A stretch of DNA of 64,000 nucleotides from positions 16,436 to 80,435 of IMG/VR virus record IMGVR_UViG_3300042434_002493; one strand, given 5' to 3'. The position numbers and the translations under genes were made by a program. The DNA is from a virus. The notes beneath the pieces are model-generated. The model had not been told where the DNA came from. It searched no databases and saw only the letters and a program-made list of their open reading frames with translations. Below are positions 28,673-37,128 of the stretch, in pieces. Each line of letters opens with the position of its first letter. Positions within the stretch are counted from its first letter, which is position 1.

Positions 28673-29392
28673 GTGTTGCCGTGGCCGCCGTTTCCTCACG
28701 GCCTGGTGCTCGACGGCGCCGACTTCGACGACCAGCTCACGCGCAACGACGGCGAGGCGACCCTGGTTCGGCGCGCCGTGACCTGCACCTGTATCACCCA
28801 CGGTGGCCGACAGGTGGCCACCTGCGCGCTCTGTAACGGGTTCGGGTGGCGCTACCCCGAGGAGTTGACGCTCCCCGATCTCATGGTCCAGTGGGTCGGC
28901 CCCAACCCCAAGCACCAGATCATCCCCGGCGGCAGTCACGACGGCGCCGACTACGGCGTGACGTGGCCTTCGACCCAGCCGCTTGGGGTGGGCGACGTGT
29001 TCGTCCACCCCCACGAGGAGGGCGTCACCGACGAGTCCCTGCGGCGTGGCATGCAGGACCCGACCGGGGCCACGCTGGAGCGACTTCGCTACCACTTCCC
29101 GACCGTGCTGGAGGACGTGCGCGACAGCACGCGCCGGTACACGCGCGGGGTCGAGTTCGACCTGGGGGAGGACGGGCGCACCGTCGAGTGGGTCGTTGGC
29201 CAACCCGCGCCGGCCGAGGGCGCCGCCTACACGATCCGCTATCGGCACCGCTCCGAGTACGTGATCTTCAAGGAGCCCGCGAAGGCTCGCCACGACGTCG
29301 CGAACGTGCTCCCATTCACCGCCCGTGTGACCCGCCTGGTGCCGATGGGGCGCCAGCAGGGAACCCAACTGACCGAGGGCGTCGAGCCGTGA
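28673..29392 (+). CDS. Head-closure (stopper) neck protein with a Cys cluster
   Basis: CTC..CALCNGFG motif, as in the Twort/K-like neck protein (CPC..CxxCxGxG); expected gene order. Confidence 0.7.
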   Translation: MLPWPPFPHGLVLDGADFDDQLTRNDGEATLVRRAVTCTCITHGGRQVATCALCNGFGWRYPEELTLPDLMVQWVGPNPKHQIIPGGSHDGADYGVTWPSTQPLGVGDVFVHPHEEGVTDESLRRGMQDPTGATLERLRYHFPTVLEDVRDSTRRYTRGVEFDLGEDGRTVEWVVGQPAPAEGAAYTIRYRHRSEYVIFKEPAKARHDVANVLPFTARVTRLVPMGRQQGTQLTEGVEP

Positions 29393-30408
29393 CCAACTTC
29401 CCCGCCTACGTCATCGACGTTGACCTTCCGCAGGCCGAAAGCGGGGCGCCCGTCGAGTTCCGCGCGTTGCGCGCCGCCGTCTTCCAGGCGGGGCAGTTCA
29501 TCAAGGCCGCCTGGTTGCGCGCCGCCGACGGGCAGGTCGTCAACCGTTCGAGCGGCGACTACATCGCCGGCCTGCGGGGCGCCGGCAGTCTCCGCTACCC
29601 CCTGGACGGCGACCGCTTCGCCGTGGGCGTCTTCAACGTCGCCCGCCACGCCGCGGTCATCGAGGACGGCCACCCCGCGTTCAACCTCGCCACGGCAATC
29701 GACTGGGGCAACACCCCCAAGAGCAAGCCGACGAAGGCAGGGTCCTGGTACATCGTGATCCCGTTCCGGCACTACACCCCGCCCCGGAACGGCGAGGGCG
29801 CGACGGTGTCGCGTTTCAAGAAGTCGATGCCCGCGGCGGTCCACCGGGTCGCGAAGAAGCTCGAACCGGGCGAGCACATGACGTTCCGCGACCGAGAGAG
29901 CCACGAGAAGGTGGCCGACGTCACAGCGGGGCGCCACGGCGCCATCAAACTCGGCGAGCGCCGCATCGGTCCCGGGGGCGGGCGCTACCTGCACGTCACC
30001 TCGGCAGCCGCCCGATCCGCAGCGTTCGCCGGACGCACCGAGGTGGACGCGGGCGGTGGCAAGACGGTCATCCGCCACCCCGGCCAGATCAAGAGCCCCG
30101 CCAGCCACCGGGCCCACGTCCAGCACTGGAAGGACACCGGCAAGGACGGCCCCGAGCCCAGCGCCGCGCGCAAAGCGTGGAGCATCTACGAGGGCATGGT
30201 GAAAAGCGGGTCGAAGGGGCACACCCAGTACATGACGTTCCGGGTCATCACTCCCAGGTCGAACTGGTGGATTCCTGCCCGCCGCGGGTTGCGGGTTGCC
30301 GAGGCCGTCCACGCCCAGACCGCGCCGACAGTCCGGGCCATGTTCCAGAGCGCCTTCCGCCAGGACGTCGAGCGCGCGCTGGCGCGAGCCCTCAGCGGAG
30401 CCGCGTGA
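29389..30408 (+). CDS. Neck / tail-completion protein
   Basis: GTGA coupling; GSWYIVIPFRH and YEGMVK..YMTFRV..WWIP motifs recalled from this neck family. Confidence 0.7.
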   Translation: MTNFPAYVIDVDLPQAESGAPVEFRALRAAVFQAGQFIKAAWLRAADGQVVNRSSGDYIAGLRGAGSLRYPLDGDRFAVGVFNVARHAAVIEDGHPAFNLATAIDWGNTPKSKPTKAGSWYIVIPFRHYTPPRNGEGATVSRFKKSMPAAVHRVAKKLEPGEHMTFRDRESHEKVADVTAGRHGAIKLGERRIGPGGGRYLHVTSAAARSAAFAGRTEVDAGGGKTVIRHPGQIKSPASHRAHVQHWKDTGKDGPEPSAARKAWSIYEGMVKSGSKGHTQYMTFRVITPRSNWWIPARRGLRVAEAVHAQTAPTVRAMFQSAFRQDVERALARALSGAA

Positions 30409-31256
30409 TGGAGCGCACCCTCATGCGCCTCATCGAAGGGGGCCTGGACAGCCTCCGCGGCAATCCAGGCGCCATGCTCGCCGCCATCGTGGGCGAGGAG
30501 CCATACGAGCTGACGGGGACCGTCACGGGCATCGACGGGGCCGTGCTCACCGACACCGATCAGGCGTGGGTCTACGACGTCTTCGGCCGCCAGGCGAGCA
30601 ACGGAACGCCTCGACCAGCATGCGCGCTGACCTTCCTCGACGGCGCCGCCGTGGGCGAGGTCTTCGAGGTGGTCGAGGTGGACGGACAGCAGCTTGAGGC
30701 TGGCGAAGACCTCGAAGCGGCCGGTGTCGCCGTCGGCGACCGCTACCAGATCCTCCGCCCAGAGGACATGGCCGCTCAAGAGTGGGTCACGACTCGTGCG
30801 TTGCGGGTGACCATCGAGTACCCCGTCGAGGCCGAGCAACTGCCCTGTTACGTCGTGAGGCCGGGCCCAGCGAACAAGCTCCCCGTGGACGCCATTGGGC
30901 GCGTCCACGCCGAGCACGAGGACGCGAGCGGCGTCGCGCGCGTCGAGCGTCACCCCTGGCATCGCCAGTACCAGATCGAGATCGTGTCGGTGTCCGAGGA
31001 CGAGCTGCTTTGGATGAGCGCGGCCCTCGAACGCATCCTCGAAGAGTCGTCGTTCTTCTTCGAGCGCCTGTTCGAGCCTGGTTTCGACATCCAGGGCAGC
31101 CCGATCATGCGCACCGAGGACGTACAGCCCACCGGGGCGTTCAACCGCACCTACACGATTTCGGGCGTGAAGCTCCGATTCCTCACCAGGAGACCCGCAT
31201 GGACGAACGGCCCACCCCCACTGGCAGCTCCCCGCCCGATCCGCGTCCGCCCGTGA
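30408..31256 (+). CDS. Putative tail terminator protein
   Basis: TGATG coupling; positioned just upstream of the sheath gene. Confidence 0.55.
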   Translation: MERTLMRLIEGGLDSLRGNPGAMLAAIVGEEPYELTGTVTGIDGAVLTDTDQAWVYDVFGRQASNGTPRPACALTFLDGAAVGEVFEVVEVDGQQLEAGEDLEAAGVAVGDRYQILRPEDMAAQEWVTTRALRVTIEYPVEAEQLPCYVVRPGPANKLPVDAIGRVHAEHEDASGVARVERHPWHRQYQIEIVSVSEDELLWMSAALERILEESSFFFERLFEPGFDIQGSPIMRTEDVQPTGAFNRTYTISGVKLRFLTRRPAWTNGPPPLAAPRPIRVRP

Positions 31257-31411
31257 TGATGGCCGCAGACGCCGCCACGACGCTCAACGCCGTGGACTCC
31301 GCAGCCGTCCGAGGGTACGTTTCGCGCACGGGCGACCGCCGCCCCCGCACGCGACAGGAGTGGGCCGACCTGGCCCGCCTGGAGCGCGTTCGACCCATCG
31401 CTCAGGAGTGA
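31256..31411 (+). CDS. Small pre-sheath protein (51 aa)
   Basis: TGATG coupling; a short gene before the sheath is typical of myoviruses. Confidence 0.55.
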   Translation: MMAADAATTLNAVDSAAVRGYVSRTGDRRPRTRQEWADLARLERVRPIAQE

Positions 31412-31416
31412 CTCAG

Positions 31417-33249
31417 ATGGCAAACCCTCTCGACGTGCTCGACGACGACGGCCGACCCCATGTGTTCCCGAGCGTCCGGTCGCGCATTCGGGTCATCGAG
31501 TCCGCACCGTCCGGTGTCGCCAATCCGTTCCCCGCGATCTTCCTCGGGAAGCTCAACGCCGGCCCGCAGACGCTTTCGGACTGCGGCTCACTCGCGGTGT
31601 TCAAGGAGACGCACAACCCGGAGGACGTCGCCGACGTTGCGACGGACGCCGTCGCCCACGCTTTCCGGCCGTCGCCCGATCCAGACACGGCCGGCGCGCC
31701 GTTCGTGCGGGTCGCCCGCGTCGGGCAGCCGACGGCCGCGTACATCGACCTGATCGACTCCGAAGATGATGCCGCGTGCATCCGTGTGACGAGCCTCGAC
31801 AAGGGCGACATCTACAACGGCCTGCGCCTACGGGTGGACAACACGGACGACCAGGCCCTCGCCGCCGGGCGTAACGTCTCCGTCGGGTTCCGCCAGCGGC
31901 CCGCCGACGTCAAGGTGGGGCGCCGTCTCGGGCCCGTCATGACGGTGCAGTACACGGCCGGAGCGACGACCGCGACCCTGACGATCACGGCCGCCACGCC
32001 CGGGGCCGCGACCCGGTTGCAGACGGCACTCACCGACGGCGCCGCCGGCACCGCAGCCCTCGACATCGACCTCACCCGGCCCGAGTTCCGCACCTGCAAG
32101 CAGGTGCTCGACTACATCAACAGCCAGGCCGGCTACACCGCCACGTTCCGCAGCACCGACGCGCCGGTCGCCGAGATGAGCGCGCGCGAGTTGGACGCCG
32201 TCAACGCCGGCAGTATCGACGGCGTCGATCTCCTTCTCAGCGCGAAGATCGGCGCGATCTGCGCGTGGATCAACAGCGCGTGCAGAGTGATCGGGCCGGT
32301 CAAGGGCATCGTGGCCACACGCACGGCAGGCGCGACGCTCTACCCTCTGGAGACCGAGGTGTGGGTCCCCTTTGCCCACGGAAGCAATCCCGCAGCCGTG
32401 CTCGCGGACTACGTCGCCGCACTCGCCGTGCTCGCGGCCACCCCGGTCAAGAGCGGGGTGATCTTCCTCGACACCCAGGACGTCACGGTGCAGGGCGCCG
32501 TGCTCGACTGGACGGACGACCAGAGGGCCCAGCATGGACGCCGGTTCCGCGCGGTTTTCGGGTGCGACCCGACCTTGACGGACGCGGTCATCCAGGCCCG
32601 CGCCGCGGCCATCGGCCGCACCGAGGTCGCGCTCTATTGCCAGCGCGTCGTCGATGCGGTGGACCCCACGCGCGTCCACCAGCCCCTCGTCACGGCCGCC
32701 GCCGTGGCCGGACTGACCGCGGGCATGAATCCCGAGCTGGACGTCAACAGCCTGGTGATCACCGACCGGCTGCTTCGCGGCTCCGCCATCTACCCGGCCG
32801 ACGTGCGCGAGATCCGCACCGGCGAGGACAACGCCCGCGGGGGCGTCTCGATGCTTCAGTACGACGGCGGCGTCCGCATCGCCCTCGCCCTCAGCACGAG
32901 CCAGTCCCCGAAGGTCGCCTACCGGAAGTGGTCCGAGACGGTCTGCATCGACTTCCTCGCCTACAACATCGAGGCCGGCGTCTACGCCATCAAGACCGCA
33001 TGGGCCACGCCTCAGTGGGTCAAGGCCGTTCTCCGCCGCGCCGCGAAGGTGCTCCAGGCCGCCGAGAAGGTGGGCATGATCACGCCGGGCATCGACGTCG
33101 AGACGAACATCCCCGTGGACGCGTGGACCGTGAACGGGGTGGAGACCTACAACGGCCGCACCGTCGTGGATTTCAACGCCTCGCTTGCGGGCGAGAACGA
33201 CCACATCCAGATTCGCGGCACGGTTCTGAAGGTGGCCCTTCAGGGCTAA
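31417..33249 (+). CDS. Contractile tail sheath protein (610 aa)
   Basis: AGGAG RBS; size; RVTSLDKG..NG, AAAVAGL.AG and SETVCIDFL segments; followed by a tube-sized gene. Confidence 0.85.
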   Translation: MANPLDVLDDDGRPHVFPSVRSRIRVIESAPSGVANPFPAIFLGKLNAGPQTLSDCGSLAVFKETHNPEDVADVATDAVAHAFRPSPDPDTAGAPFVRVARVGQPTAAYIDLIDSEDDAACIRVTSLDKGDIYNGLRLRVDNTDDQALAAGRNVSVGFRQRPADVKVGRRLGPVMTVQYTAGATTATLTITAATPGAATRLQTALTDGAAGTAALDIDLTRPEFRTCKQVLDYINSQAGYTATFRSTDAPVAEMSARELDAVNAGSIDGVDLLLSAKIGAICAWINSACRVIGPVKGIVATRTAGATLYPLETEVWVPFAHGSNPAAVLADYVAALAVLAATPVKSGVIFLDTQDVTVQGAVLDWTDDQRAQHGRRFRAVFGCDPTLTDAVIQARAAAIGRTEVALYCQRVVDAVDPTRVHQPLVTAAAVAGLTAGMNPELDVNSLVITDRLLRGSAIYPADVREIRTGEDNARGGVSMLQYDGGVRIALALSTSQSPKVAYRKWSETVCIDFLAYNIEAGVYAIKTAWATPQWVKAVLRRAAKVLQAAEKVGMITPGIDVETNIPVDAWTVNGVETYNGRTVVDFNASLAGENDHIQIRGTVLKVALQG

Positions 33250-33261
33250 GGAGCACACGAG

Positions 33262-33708
33262 ATGGCAACGAAAGTCGAATCGGGATCTACCTGCATCCTC
33301 GTGGTCTACGCGGCCGGCGACGACGCGGGCGTCACCTGGGGCCTCGTGGACAACGTCACGATCAACGACCGCCACATCAGCGAGTTCTTGACCGGGATCG
33401 GCGCGATGGAGCCGCAGGAGCCCGTGTACCACGGCAAGGGCCCGGTGTCCGTCTCGTGGGGCCGCGCCGTGACCACCATCCAGGAGAGCCCGCAGTCCGT
33501 GGGCATCGTGCCCCTCCGGCGCAACATGGTGGGCCACGAGCCCTGTGACCTGGAGTTCCAGAGCCTCAAGAGCGGGCGGACGATCCTGCGCGTCTCCGAC
33601 GTCCTCCCCGGCAGCTTCAGCACCCAGGTCGGCGAACAAAAGGCCATCCGCCAGAACGGTGATTGCCAGGGCCGGATCTCCGAACACATGGCCGATCTCG
33701 CTTCCTGA
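33262..33708 (+). CDS. Tail tube protein
   Basis: AAGGAG RBS; 148 aa; GIGAMEPQE.VY motif; directly after the sheath. Confidence 0.8.
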   Translation: MATKVESGSTCILVVYAAGDDAGVTWGLVDNVTINDRHISEFLTGIGAMEPQEPVYHGKGPVSVSWGRAVTTIQESPQSVGIVPLRRNMVGHEPCDLEFQSLKSGRTILRVSDVLPGSFSTQVGEQKAIRQNGDCQGRISEHMADLAS

Positions 33709-33789
33709 TACCCACGAGGCGGGGCCGAGCCGCTCCCAGGCGGCCTCCCCTCGCCCAGTCTGACCTGACAGAGAGGACCATTCGACGTC

Positions 33790-34194
33790 ATGAGCATCCA
33801 GCCTAAGCTCCTGCCCAAGAGCATCACCCTCGACACCGGCGCCACAATCGAGGTGGTCTTCCGCCGCCCCGGCTACGAGGGCATCAAGCGCATCGCGAAG
33901 CACTACGCGAGCGCGGTCGCCGACCCCAACCCGTTCGCGGGCGGGGCGCCGTCCAACCTGGTCGAGAGCGAGGTGGGCCGCGGCGCCCTCATGGAGGCCG
34001 TGCTCATCGAGTACCTCGTCGAAGCGCCGGCCCACTGGTGGATCGGCGGCAAGCAGCCCGCCGCGGGCGAGCGCGGGCGCGTGAACACGGATCAGGACGT
34101 TGCCGAGTTCCTGGCCGTGGGCAAGGAGGCGTTGACGTTCCACGAGTCCTTTCGCGTCGTGGACGTTGGCCTCCGCGCTACCCGCGGCGCGTGA
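33790..34194 (+). CDS. Tail assembly chaperone (short form)
   Basis: Lies between tube and tape-measure genes; ends FHESFR. Confidence 0.75.
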   Translation: MSIQPKLLPKSITLDTGATIEVVFRRPGYEGIKRIAKHYASAVADPNPFAGGAPSNLVESEVGRGALMEAVLIEYLVEAPAHWWIGGKQPAAGERGRVNTDQDVAEFLAVGKEALTFHESFRVVDVGLRATRGA

Positions 34195-34567
34195 CGAGAG
34201 GGCCCAGTGGGCCGTCTACCGGACGTTCCCGCAGCTCCTCACCGCGCCGGACGGTCTGACGCCCGAGCAGGAAGTGTCGATGCAGATTCACATGGCCCTC
34301 GACAGGGGCATGGTGATCTGCACGCCATGCGCGACCGTCGTGCCCAGCGGGAAGTTCTGCGGCCGGTGCGGGCAGCCGTTCCACGCGACCGAGACGGCGC
34401 CGATGCTCAAGTGCCAGTCCTGCGAGACGTGGGCCTCGACGACGTTCTGCCCCGGGTGCGGGGAGCGCCTGGTGTCGGACGCCATGCTGGAAATTGGCAG
34501 CGACGTGGACAAGGCGCGAGACCTCATCGCCCAGGCTCAGGCCCGCGCGAGGAGTGAGAAGGGGTGA
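34154..34567 (+). CDS. Tail assembly chaperone C-terminal extension, probably reached by a +1 frameshift; double zinc ribbon
   Basis: The +1 frame is open from 34136 to 34567 with no well-placed RBS and start. Slip candidate TCC TTT CGC at 34147-34155. Four CxxC pairs. Confidence 0.65.
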   Translation, partial: ASWTLASALPAARDERAQWAVYRTFPQLLTAPDGLTPEQEVSMQIHMALDRGMVICTPCATVVPSGKFCGRCGQPFHATETAPMLKCQSCETWASTTFCPGCGERLVSDAMLEIGSDVDKARDLIAQAQARARSEKG

Positions 34568-37119
34568 AGACGAAGCCAGACCGCACGGTCGGCATCATCG
34601 CCCGCGCCGATCTCGCCGACAGCGAACAGAATCTCTCCGCGCTCCAGCAGTTCGCTCAGGGCGTGCCGGAGAACCTCGCCGAAGCCGAGGACCACGTCCG
34701 CGACGCCGCGGACAGCGTGCGGGCCCTCGACAGCATGCAGGGGGCCGAGGGACTCCCGACCCGATACAGGCCCGTCCTGCGCGAGGCGATGGAGGCGCTG
34801 CGCAAAGAGGAGTTGTTCCGCGAGGCGAAGATGGGCGAGGCGTCCGACGCTCTGCGCGACATGCAGGGGCGACAGGACATCGCCGAGTGGCGCGCGCTCA
34901 ACATGGACGTCCGCGCCCACGGGTTACAGCTCGCCCGCGTCAGGGCCGCGTTGCAGCTCGCCGAGCGCCTTCAGATGCGGCGCATCCCCTGGGGGCGCAT
35001 CGCCAGGCGCATCATGTTCGGGCAGACGGGCACACTCGGGGGGTTCGTCCGCGAAGGCGCCGCCCACGCCTACAACCGCTTGCGCTCCCTGGCCGACTAC
35101 GCCCAGCAGGCCGCCGTCTTCGCCATCATCAGCGAGGTGCGCAAGGCCGCCGACGTCGCCGAGGACTACGAGGAGGGCCTGGGAGCGTTCGCCGTGGGTC
35201 ACGGAATGACCGACCCGGGCCGGGGCAACGCCTGGACGGATGCCCCGTGGGTCACGGGCGACGACCGCGTCCTGGTGGGCGACGAGTACCAGGTGGGCTT
35301 GGGGGGGATCGGCCGGTTGCGCTCCGCCATGATGGCCATGCGCCAGGGGTTCCTGGCCACCGGCGCCGAGGCGCTCTCGACCTTCGGTGGACTCGGGGAC
35401 CGCTACACGAAGACCCGCGCCATCGCCGCGATGCAGTTCGCCCGCCGCACCGGAGAGGACCCCGGCAACGTGGCCGCCCGATACGGGCGGACCCTCATGT
35501 ACGCCCACGAGTCGGTGACGGGCTTCTTGCCCGAGCAGCGCGAGCCGGCGCCCGAGGTCCACTTCGAGGTGCCGGAGAGGACACACATGGGCCTGGGCGC
35601 GGGCGATGGGGGCACCGGGTCCACCTTCGCGCTGGGGGAGGGGCTCGTCACCAAGACCCGGACCATGAGCTTGCAGCAGCTCATCGGCGACGCCGCGGTC
35701 GATGCAGGCGAGGGCGCCCGCGTCCCCCTCTTCGCCGAACGGGTCTCCGACTACGCCGAGGACATGGGCCGCCGGGCGGGCATGACCGACGCCGTCGCCC
35801 CCGTGGGCCTCGCCAGGTGGTCGGCGCAGGCCGGCCTCTTTGGGCGCCCCGAGATCGTCCGGGGCATGTTGGCCGGGACGGCCAACATCGGCAGCGACAC
35901 GATGCTCGCCGCCAAGCTCGCCGCGGTGCGCCGGTTCATGCCGTCGCAGGTCGGGATCGGCGGAGGCTCGTATGCCCAGGTGCTCAGGCCGGGCAACTTC
36001 CGCCAGGCGCGCACCCTCATCGAGTCGGGCGATCCGCAGGTGATCCTCGCCTTCGCCAAGTACGCCGGAGCAGCCGCGGCCGAAAACGGTCTCGGCGAAG
36101 ACGGGCGCTCGCTCATCTTCGAGCGCCTGACGGGACTGGGGCCGATGGCCGCCTCGCGCGTGCTCGCACACGTCGAGCAGTTGGCCGACGTGCGCGCCGT
36201 CTCGCCCGAGAAGGGCCTCACCGACCGATGGGTCGAGGGCCCGATGTACCGCGGAGTGTCCGGCGGGTCGTGGGATAGTGTCGCTCGCGTCCGCAGCGAG
36301 CGCGACGCGATGGGTCACGAGTTGGGGCTCCAGGTTCTACAAGTGACCTGGAACATGCGCGAGGCGATGTTCGTCCTTCGCGACGGCATCAAGGAGGGAA
36401 AGCCCTTCACCGACGCCATCGCCGAGGCCGTCGGGAGTCTCTCCGAGACGTCGGTCGCGTGGCTTACTGCCAGCCAGGCAGCGAACGGCAAGGTCGGCAC
36501 GGCCGGCGCTACAGGGGTGACGTGGGCGAGCCAGCAGGCGGGCAAGCCCGGGAACGACTGGGGTGCGTTCAAGGCGAGCATCGGCAGCCTCTTCGGAGGC
36601 CCAGAGCCGAGGCAACCATGGGAGCAGGAGCGAATCGAGCAGAGCCCCGGCCCGAGCGGGCTGATCAACCCGGTGCCCGGTGCCCGACTCGGCGACGATC
36701 TCGGCGCGCCGCGGAGGCGCAACGGGACCGTCGTGCATCACCATGGCCTCGACCTATTCGCCGACGTCGGCACGCCCGTTCAGGCCGCAGCGGCGGGCCA
36801 GGTGTATCTCGCCCGAGACCGCTCGACCTGGGAGACCGCCAACACGAGTAGCAGCCGCTCGGCGGGGATCACCGTTTGGCTCAACCACGCGGACGGAACG
36901 CAGACCAGGTACATGCACCTCGACCAGATCGCGATCAACCCGAGAACCGGGGCGCCATTTCGGCAGGGCGACACCGTGACGCAGGGGCAGGACATCGGCA
37001 CGGTCGGCACCACGGGCATCCACAACTCACGGTCTCACCTGCACTTCGAGGTCCGGGGCCAATACGACCAGGGCCAGCGCCCGGTGATTTCGCCACGCGC
37101 AGCACTGGGCATCGAGTAG
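34564..37119 (+). CDS. Tape-measure-like protein 1 with a C-terminal M23 metallopeptidase
   Basis: Helical Ala/Gly-rich body. HHGLD (HxxxD), YMHL and HLHFE motifs at ~36740-37050. Confidence 0.8.
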   Translation: MKTKPDRTVGIIARADLADSEQNLSALQQFAQGVPENLAEAEDHVRDAADSVRALDSMQGAEGLPTRYRPVLREAMEALRKEELFREAKMGEASDALRDMQGRQDIAEWRALNMDVRAHGLQLARVRAALQLAERLQMRRIPWGRIARRIMFGQTGTLGGFVREGAAHAYNRLRSLADYAQQAAVFAIISEVRKAADVAEDYEEGLGAFAVGHGMTDPGRGNAWTDAPWVTGDDRVLVGDEYQVGLGGIGRLRSAMMAMRQGFLATGAEALSTFGGLGDRYTKTRAIAAMQFARRTGEDPGNVAARYGRTLMYAHESVTGFLPEQREPAPEVHFEVPERTHMGLGAGDGGTGSTFALGEGLVTKTRTMSLQQLIGDAAVDAGEGARVPLFAERVSDYAEDMGRRAGMTDAVAPVGLARWSAQAGLFGRPEIVRGMLAGTANIGSDTMLAAKLAAVRRFMPSQVGIGGGSYAQVLRPGNFRQARTLIESGDPQVILAFAKYAGAAAAENGLGEDGRSLIFERLTGLGPMAASRVLAHVEQLADVRAVSPEKGLTDRWVEGPMYRGVSGGSWDSVARVRSERDAMGHELGLQVLQVTWNMREAMFVLRDGIKEGKPFTDAIAEAVGSLSETSVAWLTASQAANGKVGTAGATGVTWASQQAGKPGNDWGAFKASIGSLFGGPEPRQPWEQERIEQSPGPSGLINPVPGARLGDDLGAPRRRNGTVVHHHGLDLFADVGTPVQAAAAGQVYLARDRSTWETANTSSSRSAGITVWLNHADGTQTRYMHLDQIAINPRTGAPFRQGDTVTQGQDIGTVGTTGIHNSRSHLHFEVRGQYDQGQRPVISPRAALGIE

Positions 37120-37128
37120 GTTTGGGGC

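Noticed and set aside
33712-33755. Terminator after the tail tube gene
   Set aside because: Only an imperfect GC stem with no U-tract; too weak to call at this GC content.
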